57,410 bases of DNA from a candidate division WOR-3 bacterium (lineage in GTDB: Bacteria > Hydrothermota > Hydrothermia > WGAB01), in the NCBI GenBank assembly GCA_027069855.1, contig JALXEF010000086.1, positions 1-57,410 of the forward strand, read 5' to 3'. The position numbers and the translations under genes are program-made. The notes beneath the pieces were generated by a model. That model searched no databases and was not told where the DNA came from. It saw only the letters and a list, made by a program, of their open reading frames with translations. Shown here one piece after another: positions 9,419-19,042 of the stretch. The number at the start of each line of letters is the position of its first letter. The stretch's first letter is position 1.

Positions 9419-10263
9419 TCGGCCACCTCCAGGCTGAAGTTGATCCACCGGGCCGAGTGGGTCAGGGCCCCCACCGAGATGTAATGCACGCCCAGCAGGG
9501 CGATCTGCCGCACATTCTCCAGGGTCACGCCGCCGGAAACCTCCACCCGCACCCCCGGAGGGATGCGTTGCATCGCCTCCTCAATGTCCTCCAGATCAAA
9601 GTTGTCCAGGAGCACGATGTCGGCGCCGTAGTCCAGCGCCTCCTGGAGTTCCTTCAGGTTGGACACCTCAATTTCAATCTTCAGGCCGTGGGGAGCCTGG
9701 AGCCGGGCGCGCTTGAGCGCCTCGCCCACGCCCCCAGCCCAGCGAATGTGATTGTCCTTGATGAGGATGCCGTCAAACAGGCCGAACCGGTGGTTGCTGC
9801 CGCCGCCGGCCCGCACCGCGTCCTTTTCCGCAAGCCGGAGGCCCGGCGTGGTTTTCCGGGTGTCCAGCAGCACGGCGCCGGTGCCCTCCAGGGCCTCCAC
9901 AAAGCGCCGGGTCAGGGTGGCAATCCCGGAAAGCCGCCCCAGGAAGTTCAGGGCCACCCGCTCGGCCATCAGGATAGAGGCCGGGCTGCCCTGAATCTGC
10001 GCAATCTCTGCGTTTTCGGGAAAGGTTTGGCCGTCCTGGAACCGGAAGTCCACCTCAAGGGCAGGATCAATCGTTTGAAAGGTCAACTCGGCCAGGCGGC
10101 GCCCGGCCAGCACCCCGGGTTCCCGGCTCAGGATGACCGCGCGGCCAGGTCCCTCACGCCCTGTCAGCACCAACTGGCTTGTGATGTCGCCCCGCAGTCC
10201 GAGGTCCTCCTCCAGCGCAGATTCCACGATTCGTCGGTACACCCGTTCCCTGTGTGCATCCAT
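9415..10263 (-). CDS. nadC: Carboxylating nicotinate-nucleotide diphosphorylase
   Basis: EDL..GDIT, ERVALN, DTRKTTPG, HRFGL.D..LIKDNH, LLDN, SGG. Start ATG 10263 with GGAGGT. Confidence 0.96.
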   Translation of the reverse strand: MDAHRERVYRRIVESALEEDLGLRGDITSQLVLTGREGPGRAVILSREPGVLAGRRLAELTFQTIDPALEVDFRFQDGQTFPENAEIAQIQGSPASILMAERVALNFLGRLSGIATLTRRFVEALEGTGAVLLDTRKTTPGLRLAEKDAVRAGGGSNHRFGLFDGILIKDNHIRWAGGVGEALKRARLQAPHGLKIEIEVSNLKELQEALDYGADIVLLDNFDLEDIEEAMQRIPPGVRVEVSGGVTLENVRQIALLGVHYISVGALTHSARWINFSLEVAE

Positions 10264-10336
10264 GCAGCACCTCCCAATACGAAGGGTTCCAAGGGTACAG
10301 GCCCCCTCCCCTACCCTCAAGACCGAAACCCTCCTG

Positions 10337-10592
10337 CAGAAGCGGCTTTAGCCGCGAGTTGATCCCCGGCGTGTAGGAGCGGCTTTAGCCGCGATCCAGG
10401 AAGCCTAACCGTAGGATCGCTTCAGGCGCGAATGGATCTTCAACGCGTAGGGGAATGGGGCACCGGCATGTAGGAGCAGCTTTAGCCGCGATCTCGGAGC
10501 CCACCCGTAGGAGCGGCTTCAGCCGCGATTTCCCCTCCCACCGGGAGGGGACTCAGGGGAGGGGTCCACCCGTAGGAGCGGCCTTAGCCCCC
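10337..10592 (+). repeat. Cluster of ~6 GTAG-family REP-like palindromes (GTAGGAGCGGCTTTAGCCGCGA)
   Basis: Copies at ~10337, 10373, 10411, 10470, 10507, 10572, all in the same orientation, plus a CCCCTCCC..GGGAGGGG hairpin near 10532-10550. Confidence 0.85.
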
Positions 10593-10700
10593 AAAACCGT
10601 TTCCAAAACGGTAAAAACCCGGGCAATGGTCCCAAAGAGAACCGAAGGAGCCCCAAAACCCTTGGGAGCCAACCTATCCCCGGAGGTCGGCACCGGGGTC

Positions 10701-10730
10701 TTGACAAAAAGAATCCCGGGCCTGTACATT
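10701..10730 (+). promoter_or_regulatory. Putative cas operon promoter
   Basis: TTGACA-18 nt-TACATT upstream of cas6. Confidence 0.6.
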
Positions 10731-10925
10731 TGGGTCCCGGCACGGCAACAAACGAATAAACATGCAAACGGCTTGCAAGAGGCTTGAAATGAGGAACATC
10801 GCTGTGCCGGGTTCTTTTTTAGGCCCCTTCAGGGCGGGGCCGGAAGTTCGCTTCCGCGTTGTCCCCTTCGACCCTCCGACCCCATCCCCTCAATTCCCTC
10901 AAAATCCCAGGCGCTGAGGATCCCG

Positions 10926-11702
10926 ATGCGGATTCAGTTAAGGTTTGAGCCGGTCACCGAAAAACTCGCGCTCCCCATCCACTACAACCACCTGGTGCAG
11001 GGGCTCATCTACCGAAGTCTGGACAAAGCTCTGGCCCGCTGGCTGCACGACGAGGGGTATCCCCGGGGCAAACGCCGGTTCAAACTCTTCACCTTTTCCC
11101 GGCTGCTGAGTCCCCGTCGCCAGTACGACCCCCAAACCCGGACCCTCACCCTCTGGGGTCCGATCACTTTAAAGGTTGGCTCCGTGGAAACCGAGATCCT
11201 GGAATCCCTGGCCGTTTATCTGGTGCGGCACCGGGAATTCCGGCTGAACGGCACCCTGTGCCGGTTCGTGGCCGTGGAGGTGGAAATGCCGCCCGAGGTT
11301 CAGGGCCCCGTGCCGGTCAAAACCCTCTCGCCCATTACTGTGTACCGCACGCTGTACACCCGCGAGGGGAAACGCAAAACCTACTACTTCACGCCCTACG
11401 AAGACGAGTTTGCAGAACTCCTGTTGGCCAACCTTCGGAGGAAGGCCGAGGCGTACCGGAGCCAGCACCCAGACACTCCCCTGCCGCCCTTAGAGGCTGG
11501 GGCCATCCGGGCCCTGCGGCCCCGCAAGGAGGTGATCACCCGATTCAAAAACACCGTGATCAAGGCGTGGACCGGCCTTTTTGAGCTCCACCTGCCCGAG
11601 CCCTATTTCACCCTGGCCTACGACGCCGGCCTCGGCGCCAAAAACAGCCAGGGCTTCGGGATGGTGGAGGTGGTGAAAAAGGAGGTTAGGGAAAGTGTAT
11701 AA
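10926..11702 (+). CDS. cas6: CRISPR-associated endoribonuclease Cas6
   Basis: YNHLVQG.IY, LHD.GY, FKLFTFS, C-terminal GLGAKNSQGFG loop. Confidence 0.96.
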   Translation: MRIQLRFEPVTEKLALPIHYNHLVQGLIYRSLDKALARWLHDEGYPRGKRRFKLFTFSRLLSPRRQYDPQTRTLTLWGPITLKVGSVETEILESLAVYLVRHREFRLNGTLCRFVAVEVEMPPEVQGPVPVKTLSPITVYRTLYTREGKRKTYYFTPYEDEFAELLLANLRRKAEAYRSQHPDTPLPPLEAGAIRALRPRKEVITRFKNTVIKAWTGLFELHLPEPYFTLAYDAGLGAKNSQGFGMVEVVKKEVRESV

Positions 11703-12726
11703 GGAGTGGAAACTTAGGGCGTTAACGCCCATATGGACTGGGGATCTTCAGGGGCGTCCTACTCGATTGATTCCCACAGGCATCGTAGGTTCGCTACGCT
11801 GGTGGTATGAAGTTCTGGTGCGAGGGTTGGGGGGCAAGGCATGCGATCCCACCGTGGATGGCGCGCGCTGTCCCGATCAAAACGGCCGGCATTGTGTGGT
11901 CTGCGAACTCTTCGGCTGCACCGGCTGGGCACGGAAGTTCCGGCTGATGATCCTTGATGACAATGGCCAGGTGATTCAGAACCAGATTCAGCCCGGCCAG
12001 ACTTTCGTCCTGCGCTTCATCTCACTGCGCCCCATTGCGCCTGAGGAATGGTGTCTCTTGGATGCCACCCTGCGCCTGATTGCCGAATATGGAGCCATAG
12101 GCGGAAAAACGGTGTTCAAGCCGTCGGATGAGCCAGGTCGGGAAAGCGCTTTCCATCATCAGGACTTCGGTCTGGTGCAGTATGTGCAAAGTCCTGACGG
12201 TTGGCAGTGCGATAAAACGCTTGAGGACATCCGAGCCTATGTGACGAATAGCCATTGGCGCGAAGCACCACACTCATATCGGGACAACAAAGGAATGCAT
12301 GATTTCTCTTGGGCCTCGCTGCAGAACTTCTGGTGCGTAAAAGGGCGGTACCTGGCGAGGCAGGATGCCGACGCAAGCACTTTCAATAAAGTTGTGGGCA
12401 GGGATGAAAGAAAGCGATGCAAAAATTGCGGTCGAGTACATCTGCCCGGGCAGAGGTGTCCAAAGACAAACAAGTATCCCAAAAGGTATAGCGACGATAA
12501 TCCAACTCATCCAATTGATGCGTGGCTCGCTGGCAGCCAGGAGGAGAGCAAGAAGGTGTTCAGTTTCAAGCATCCGGAAGAGGAGGGTCGGACTTTTGGC
12601 TTCGTGAAGCCGGGACTGGTGGATTTTGATGAGATGAAGCGCCGTCTTGGGCAGGTGTGGTCTGGTTTCCAGTCTGATAAGGAGTTTCAGACGGGCCAGC
12701 AAATCCTTGAACGACTGTTCCCATAG
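11695..12726 (+). CDS. cmr1: Type III-C RAMP Cmr1
   Basis: LTPIWTG, TGIVGSLRWWYE, C.VCELFGCTG, YGAIGGK. Confidence 0.9.
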   Translation: MYKEWKLRALTPIWTGDLQGRPTRLIPTGIVGSLRWWYEVLVRGLGGKACDPTVDGARCPDQNGRHCVVCELFGCTGWARKFRLMILDDNGQVIQNQIQPGQTFVLRFISLRPIAPEEWCLLDATLRLIAEYGAIGGKTVFKPSDEPGRESAFHHQDFGLVQYVQSPDGWQCDKTLEDIRAYVTNSHWREAPHSYRDNKGMHDFSWASLQNFWCVKGRYLARQDADASTFNKVVGRDERKRCKNCGRVHLPGQRCPKTNKYPKRYSDDNPTHPIDAWLAGSQEESKKVFSFKHPEEEGRTFGFVKPGLVDFDEMKRRLGQVWSGFQSDKEFQTGQQILERLFP

Positions 12727-12737
12727 GAGGAATGAAC

Positions 12738-13700
12738 ATGGCCTGGGATTATTTTGTTCTCCTGGCCGATAACACGAGCCTGCAGGAAACACTGGCGCGC
12801 CCTGAGGGCCTTGCGGGAGGCTTTGTGGATGAAGTGTCTGTGCGCTTCTTTCAAGGCGATAAAGAAAACGCCCGCAATAGGTACATGAGACATACGAGGG
12901 GTGACATCAACATTCCCGATCTTATCTCGCAGACCGTTCCAGATTTTTCCAACCTGCTTTCCTCCGACTGGCTCGCCTTCCAGGTGGACTTCGAACTCCT
13001 CACCCCCTGGTACTCTAGAGACGACCGGCTCTTCCATGTCATGGACAATCCGGTGCGCAAGGATCAGATCTTTGGCGTACCGTTCATGGCCGCTTCGTCC
13101 TGGAAGGGGTTGCTGCGCTGGGCCTGTCGCATGCAGGAAGGTTTGCCGGAGTACCTGGGAAAGCACAATGGCAAGATGGATGGCTGGCGGGATCCGGATT
13201 GGATCCTTCACCTCTTCGGCAACGAGAAGGGCGAAGGCGAGGAGTTCAGCCGGGGCGCGTTGCTCTTCTATCCTACCTGGTTCAACAAAATCGGCTTCGA
13301 AGTTATTAACCCCCACAGCCGTGGACGCCGCGCCGGCACGCAACCCATCTACTACGAGGTGGTCCCCGGCCGGAGGATACAGGTGATAAAAAAGCCAGAT
13401 GGAAGTGAAGAGAAGAAGGAAGTCGAAGGAGCCAAAGGAACACTTTCCCTCCTCTACGCACCCTGGCCGGGGATGAAACCCAGGCCTAAACCCGAAGACG
13501 TGCTCCCCAAACTGCTTGAAGCCATCGAAGCTTTGCTCACCACCTATGGCATCTCGGCCAAACGCACGGTTGGCTGGGGTACGGCCAGGATCGAGAAATG
13601 GTGCGCCTTTCACAAGACCGGAGGCATGGCGGAGGAGGACACCCATACTGAGCTCTGGCAAAAGGTGCAAACCTGGCTTTCGGGAGGAGGCACGCCATGA
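12738..13700 (+). CDS. cmr6: Type III-C RAMP Cmr6
   Basis: NPVRKD..FGVPFMAASSWKG.LR, LFGNE, EVINPH, PIYYEVVP, GISAKRTVGWG. SD spacing favours ATG 12738. Confidence 0.88.
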   Translation: MAWDYFVLLADNTSLQETLARPEGLAGGFVDEVSVRFFQGDKENARNRYMRHTRGDINIPDLISQTVPDFSNLLSSDWLAFQVDFELLTPWYSRDDRLFHVMDNPVRKDQIFGVPFMAASSWKGLLRWACRMQEGLPEYLGKHNGKMDGWRDPDWILHLFGNEKGEGEEFSRGALLFYPTWFNKIGFEVINPHSRGRRAGTQPIYYEVVPGRRIQVIKKPDGSEEKKEVEGAKGTLSLLYAPWPGMKPRPKPEDVLPKLLEAIEALLTTYGISAKRTVGWGTARIEKWCAFHKTGGMAEEDTHTELWQKVQTWLSGGGTP

Positions 13701-16700
13701 GCAGCACATTCTCCCCAGCCGAGACCCTGCGCCAACACCGTCCTCTGCTCCTGGCCATGGAAGCCATCGGCTGGTTCCACATGGCTGGCAAGGCGCGGGC
13801 GGAATTTCTGCGCCGGCATGGGGGTGAGAACAACGGCTATGACGAACGCCAATGGCACCGAGAGGAAACGCCGCCCTTTCCCTGGGATGATCTGTTGGAG
13901 TGGGTGCAGCGGCTGTATAGCGCCGGCGTACCTGACGATGCCTGGCCAGCCACCTTTGAGGCATTCACCGAGCAGCATGCCGGGCGTAACCCCGGCTTGC
14001 TGGGTCTGCTTCAAGCCGGGCATGGCATTGTCTCAGGCATTGAGAAAAACCTGCCAAGAAGCACATCAGGTTATTTAGGGCAGACCATCCCCCACCTGTG
14101 GCTTTCCTCCCCCTGGGGTCACCCCAAGCGCAACCTGTTGGTCGACCCGCCCGAGATTCTCACACCCCAGGGTTGGCGTCAGCTGGTGGAGGAGATCCAC
14201 CGGGTGCTGGAGGAACTGCGGGATCTGGGCACGCAGCAAGTCCAGGATGTGGCCCTGTGGCGGCGCTGGCGGGAAAGCGCCATCGGCGAGGATTCTTTCA
14301 TCCGCCGTACCTTTCTCTCCACCCTGGCCGAAACCCGCCTCCCCAACAACGATGTCACCCTGTGGGACCAATCCTATGTGGCCGCGGCGCTGTTCAAGAG
14401 CGCAGTGGCCGGGGCATTGCTGGATAACAGTTTCCCCTGGAATGATGGCGGCATCAAACAAAAAATCCGCTGGCGGCTGCTTACGATCGCTATCGGCACC
14501 GAGCACTACGAGGCCCGCTCGGTGAAGATCGGCGATTGGACCGGCGCTCAGGGGACGATTGAAACATTTTTCCGCCGGGTGGCCGAGCTCGTGGAGGTGG
14601 ACCTGGCCGTGGGCTCGCTGCTCTACCGGGACGACAGCGTGGTCGTCTTCTCCTTCCCCGGCGAGCGGTTAGATGAAAGCGAGCCGGCTGCATGGTTGAA
14701 CGGGTGGGAGGAGTGGCTTCAGGACCAGGTGGATGAAATTGCTCGCGACCTGGACTTGGAAACCCCGCCGCATGTATGTCTGAGTAGTCCCACCCGCTCC
14801 CTGGTGCCCATGGTGCGCGAGTGGCGGGCGGCCAAAAGCAAGGTGGCTGTGCCGGTCCATCGTTCATGGAATGTGCGCTGGTTTGCCCCCTCGGAAACGC
14901 GCGGCCATGTCTGTCCCGTCTGCCGTGTGCGCCTGAACGGTGACCCCACCAACAAGGGTAAGCCCTGTCTGGTTTGCCGCAACCGCCGCCACCACCGTCG
15001 GGATGCCTGGCTGCAGGGACAGTTGGAGTACGACACCATCTGGTTTGAGGAAGTGGCCGACCGCAATGGCCGCCTTGCTCTGCTCACCTTCTCCCTGGAT
15101 CTGGAGGAATGGCTGAATGGCGAGCGTGTGGATAGCTTACGGGCTCAATCGATTCCGGAGTGGGTGCGGTTTAATAGCAGCGTATACCGGTCGATTGAAA
15201 ATCAAACTTCACGTTGGAAAAACCTATATTTGCAAGAGCGACTCGCACGCTACTTTGAGAAACGGATTACTAAACCACCCAAGAATATCGCTACCGACGG
15301 TATTCTTCGTAAGATAATCCCTGACTTGGAAGATGAGTTCGGGCATTCGTCAAGTGCCACCGCCTCCTGGCAGCATATCTATGAGCGACTCGTGGAAGAC
15401 CGTGCTTTGCCGCATCCTAAATGGAGCACGGATAATATGGAAAATGCCAGGTGGTTTGTATTTCAAACCTTCCGCAAACTTCCCTCCCCCGGCCGGGTCT
15501 ACCGTTTTTGGCGCGAGGCCGAGGAGTTCTTCCACGACCTGCTGCGGGAGTTCCGCCAGATTGCCGCACGGAGTGACAACCCCTGGCGGGTCAAACGATT
15601 GGTGCTGGTACCGGACGACAATCGTGGATGGCGAGACCTCACGCTCTATGACGGTCGCTGGCAGGGGAAACAGATTACCCTAGTTTATGTTCGTAGCCTG
15701 GGTGGCTTTGTGACTGCTTCCAACCTGGCGCGGCTTCTGCGACCGGAAGATCCGCAGAATGCTTTTGTAAATGCCCAGATTACTCTGGAGGAAGAAGACA
15801 CCACAAGCCGACAGTGTACCATAACTGTCACTCAGGTGCGCGACTTACGTCAGTCTTTTTCACATCTGGGAGTGTACCACCCTGCTATTCCGGTGGAACT
15901 CTCCCCGCTCCGCTTCCGGGTGCTTGTTCCGTTGGAGGCCGCTTCCGAATGCGTAGACCTGGCCGTGGCCTGGTGGCAAGAACGCTTCGCTCGGGTCTGG
16001 GATCGCTTGCCCCTGCGCGTGGGTGTGATCGCCTTCCCGCGTTTGGTGCCCTACCAGGCCATTGTGGAAGCAGCCCGCAATGTGGAAGAGTCCCTGACAG
16101 GCGAGGAGGAGAAAGAGGAAACATGGCGCGTGCAGGAAGTGAAACGCCAGGCGGGCGCGGTGGCCCTTCGTTTGCGCCGGTCGGATGGTCGAGAAACCCT
16201 CCGAGTCGTACCCGTAACGCTTCCCGATGGCCGGGAGGATGTGTTTTACCCCTACATGGCCGTAGAAGACCGCCAGGTGCGTTACCCGCGCGACTTCCAG
16301 CACCCGAACGGACAGGTCTATCGCCATGTCGCCGACCTGCGTCCTGGTGATGGTATCAAAGTTTCCCCTGCACGGGTGAAAACCCTTTTTATGGACAGCA
16401 CATCAGCCCGTTTTGATACAGTGCAGCCGCGATACCTGGAGGATTGGACGCACATGCGTGATGTGTGGGCACTTCTGCAGCGGGAGGCCCCCAGCCAAAC
16501 AGCCTTGCAGCGGCTGCGGAGCGAATTGGCACGGCTGGAGAGAGATTGGAAAGGACCCGAAGGAGATCGGGTTGTTTCCGACGATCTCTGGAGGGATACG
16601 CTTCGAGCCCTGCTCGTTCACCATCTGGATGTAAAAGGTGCGGTCTTAGATGCCCTCACCGAAGCCGCACTGCAAGACCTGCTTCAGTGGGCATTGGATT

Positions 16701-16732
16701 GGCACATGACCGCACTCAAAGAAAGCGTGTGA
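13697..16732 (+). CDS. cas10: Type III-C Cas10 (Csx11-like large subunit), catalytically degenerate
   Basis: 1011 aa; ETRLPNNDVTLWD, CPVC..C..C zinc finger, SPGR..R.W; position between cmr6 and cmr4; no GGDD; HD position reads HM (FHMAGK). Confidence 0.88.
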   Translation: MSSTFSPAETLRQHRPLLLAMEAIGWFHMAGKARAEFLRRHGGENNGYDERQWHREETPPFPWDDLLEWVQRLYSAGVPDDAWPATFEAFTEQHAGRNPGLLGLLQAGHGIVSGIEKNLPRSTSGYLGQTIPHLWLSSPWGHPKRNLLVDPPEILTPQGWRQLVEEIHRVLEELRDLGTQQVQDVALWRRWRESAIGEDSFIRRTFLSTLAETRLPNNDVTLWDQSYVAAALFKSAVAGALLDNSFPWNDGGIKQKIRWRLLTIAIGTEHYEARSVKIGDWTGAQGTIETFFRRVAELVEVDLAVGSLLYRDDSVVVFSFPGERLDESEPAAWLNGWEEWLQDQVDEIARDLDLETPPHVCLSSPTRSLVPMVREWRAAKSKVAVPVHRSWNVRWFAPSETRGHVCPVCRVRLNGDPTNKGKPCLVCRNRRHHRRDAWLQGQLEYDTIWFEEVADRNGRLALLTFSLDLEEWLNGERVDSLRAQSIPEWVRFNSSVYRSIENQTSRWKNLYLQERLARYFEKRITKPPKNIATDGILRKIIPDLEDEFGHSSSATASWQHIYERLVEDRALPHPKWSTDNMENARWFVFQTFRKLPSPGRVYRFWREAEEFFHDLLREFRQIAARSDNPWRVKRLVLVPDDNRGWRDLTLYDGRWQGKQITLVYVRSLGGFVTASNLARLLRPEDPQNAFVNAQITLEEEDTTSRQCTITVTQVRDLRQSFSHLGVYHPAIPVELSPLRFRVLVPLEAASECVDLAVAWWQERFARVWDRLPLRVGVIAFPRLVPYQAIVEAARNVEESLTGEEEKEETWRVQEVKRQAGAVALRLRRSDGRETLRVVPVTLPDGREDVFYPYMAVEDRQVRYPRDFQHPNGQVYRHVADLRPGDGIKVSPARVKTLFMDSTSARFDTVQPRYLEDWTHMRDVWALLQREAPSQTALQRLRSELARLERDWKGPEGDRVVSDDLWRDTLRALLVHHLDVKGAVLDALTEAALQDLLQWALDWHMTALKESV

Positions 16733-16746
16733 AGGGAGGGTAAGTC

Positions 16747-17796
16747 ATGGCAAGTTATGAAAAGTTTCTGCAAATCGGTATCGCACTGGACCCCATCCAT
16801 GTGGGCACCGGCAGTGCCCGCATTGGCCGGGTGGATCTGACCATTGTCCGCGATCCGGTCACCCAGGTGCCCAAGATCCCCGGCTCCAGCCTGGCCGGGG
16901 TGTATCGCACTTATGTGGCGATGCATTTTGAAGAAGACCGCCAACAGCGAGGCCGGACTGGCGAACAGGTTCGTCAAAAACCTTTTTACCCTGACTGCGC
17001 TGGGTTGGGTATAGATGAAAACCGCAGCCACTGCCGTCAACCCGACTGCCCCGTCTGCACGGTTTTTGGATTCGCCCGCGGGGCCGATCAGGAAGGCGGC
17101 TTTGCTGGCCTTGCCGCGTTCACCGATGCTCATGTGTTGCTCTTTCCCGTAGCTACCCGTCAAGGCCCGATGTGGGTCGCTGCACCCCAGGCGCTCCGGT
17201 TGATTGGCCTTGATGTGCGTGGAGTAGAGGCAAACGCAGTCTACCTGGAGACGAGCTCAGATCACCCGCTTAACCTGGGGTGGCTCCTGCTCTCCATGCA
17301 AGAGTGCTCCCAGATGGACCAGATTAAAAAACACCTGGATGAAGTAGGTGTTCCGGGCTATATCCGAAACCGCCTGGCTCTGGTGCCCGACCGCCTCTTT
17401 GCCCACATTGTCAACAGTAACCTGGAGGTGCGCACTTCGGTTTCTATCAATCCGGAAACCGGAGCAGCTGAAGATAAGGCCCTGTTCTCCTACGAGGCCT
17501 TGCCCCGCGGCACGGTGCTGGTGTGGGAGATTATTGCTAAAAATCCCCAGCACTTCCGGATTGAGAACCGGCAGATTACGGCTGTATCCACTCCCGGTGA
17601 GGTGTACGAAAGGGCCAAACAGGCCCATCCGTATCTGGAGCACCTGGGCATCGGCGGCATGGGCACGCGAGGCATGGGACGGTTAAAAGTTCTATACGAG
17701 AACAAACCCCAAGATGGCCAAAGCATCAACTGTGTGGGGGATGATCTCGCCGATCTAAGTTCATCCGAAACCGCGGGAGAAAACGAGGAGGCATAA
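16747..17796 (+). CDS. cmr4: RAMP Cmr4 (target RNase backbone)
   Basis: PIHVGTG, VDLTIVRDPVT..PKIPGSSLAG, TSVSINPETGAAE..ALFSYE, GGMGTRGMG. Confidence 0.93.
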   Translation: MASYEKFLQIGIALDPIHVGTGSARIGRVDLTIVRDPVTQVPKIPGSSLAGVYRTYVAMHFEEDRQQRGRTGEQVRQKPFYPDCAGLGIDENRSHCRQPDCPVCTVFGFARGADQEGGFAGLAAFTDAHVLLFPVATRQGPMWVAAPQALRLIGLDVRGVEANAVYLETSSDHPLNLGWLLLSMQECSQMDQIKKHLDEVGVPGYIRNRLALVPDRLFAHIVNSNLEVRTSVSINPETGAAEDKALFSYEALPRGTVLVWEIIAKNPQHFRIENRQITAVSTPGEVYERAKQAHPYLEHLGIGGMGTRGMGRLKVLYENKPQDGQSINCVGDDLADLSSSETAGENEEA

Positions 17797-17798
17797 TA

Positions 17799-18176
17799 AT
17801 GAGCGAGGCCCAAATGACCAACTTGGACATTCAGTGCGCCGAATTGGGTCGGCGTCTGGCCGATATCCGAGGCATGGATGAAAAAACCGTCAATGCATTA
17901 ATGAGCGTGCTTGAAGAGCAAGGGCCCTATGCCATGTTCCTCTATCTCCGTGCTCGCCATAATCAAGTTGCGGGTCCTGTTACCGAACAAGCGTTGGATT
18001 TCCTTAGAAAACCCGGGATTTTCGGCCACAAGGTGGGTGAGACAAACGATGTCTTTGATGCCATCCAACGCTTAGCCGAGGATTTAGATGATCTTCTTTT
18101 CGTTCGCGACCTGTTGCGCACGGCCCTTTCTTATGCTCGTTATCACTTAAAGACCAAGGGAGGCGGCGCATCGTGA
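17799..18176 (+). CDS. cmr5: Small subunit Cmr5/Cas11
   Basis: 125-aa helical protein; VLEEQGPYA.FLYL, L.YARYH; canonical position. Confidence 0.8.
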   Translation: MSEAQMTNLDIQCAELGRRLADIRGMDEKTVNALMSVLEEQGPYAMFLYLRARHNQVAGPVTEQALDFLRKPGIFGHKVGETNDVFDAIQRLAEDLDDLLFVRDLLRTALSYARYHLKTKGGGAS

Positions 18177-19042
18177 CCTGGATCATGTACCGCTGGGTCT
18201 GGCGACTTCAATCTCCCCTCCACATCGGAATTGGACCGGCTGGATCTCTGGCCTGCACACGCTTGTACATCCCCGCACACGCCCTCTGGGGTGCGCTCAC
18301 TGCCGAACTGGCGAGAAGGCGACACACCCCCGCTTCGCCTCAAGATTATCGAAGGGTAGGGAATGAAATAAGGAGTAAGACCCGCTTGTCCTACCTTTTC
18401 CCTGCGGAGGCAACCGAAAACGGTTGGCGCGCTTGGCTTCCGGAGATTTCTTCTTCAGAAGGCTTGGTCTGGAAGCGGGAAGACAACAATTCTTCTGAGT
18501 CTTATCGAAGGTTCCGAAACAAGCTCCTTACTACGCGTCCTGGAACCGCCATCGATCCTTTGACCGATTCAGCTGAAGAGGGGACACTTCGGGAAACAGA
18601 GGTCATCCAGCCCTTTTGGGGATCAGAAAATCAGTTGAAGCCTGTAGCCTTCGTGGGGTACCTCTTCGTTAAAGACGAGAACCTTTTTAGCGAAATCCTG
18701 GAAGTCACTGAACTCTTTATAGGTGCGGATACCCGGTATGGGCTGGGAAATCTGGTGAGGATAGAGTTAGAGGAAAATCCACAGGACTTCTTTGGAAAGC
18801 AGGTGGACCTGGACACCGAATCCCCCAGAGTTGGGACAGATACTGCCCTTGCCCATGTCAGAGTCAATGAACCTCCTGAGGCAGCCATGGTGGGCGATTG
18901 GGAAATCCTCCAGCAGTGGGATCGAGGTGTCCGGATTGAAGGCCTATGCTGGGTTCCAGGCTCTCGTATAGATTCTCCAGATGATGTTTGGTTTGAGATT
19001 CTGGGGTCGGGGTTGTGGCGTAAAGTAAGGGAGGAGGCATGA
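18173..19042 (+). CDS. cmr3: Cas5-group RAMP (Cmr3-like)
   Basis: LQSPLHIG, TRLYIP..ALWGALT, TAID..T.SAEEGTL.E.E, IGADTRYGLG; last gene of the III-C order. Confidence 0.8.
   Translation: MTWIMYRWVWRLQSPLHIGIGPAGSLACTRLYIPAHALWGALTAELARRRHTPASPQDYRRVGNEIRSKTRLSYLFPAEATENGWRAWLPEISSSEGLVWKREDNNSSESYRRFRNKLLTTRPGTAIDPLTDSAEEGTLRETEVIQPFWGSENQLKPVAFVGYLFVKDENLFSEILEVTELFIGADTRYGLGNLVRIELEENPQDFFGKQVDLDTESPRVGTDTALAHVRVNEPPEAAMVGDWEILQQWDRGVRIEGLCWVPGSRIDSPDDVWFEILGSGLWRKVREEA

Noticed and set aside
10455-10787. ORFs across the REP cluster and cas promoter (also 41894-42263 and 5210-5419)
   Set aside because: They overlap repeats or regulatory DNA and show no coding signature.
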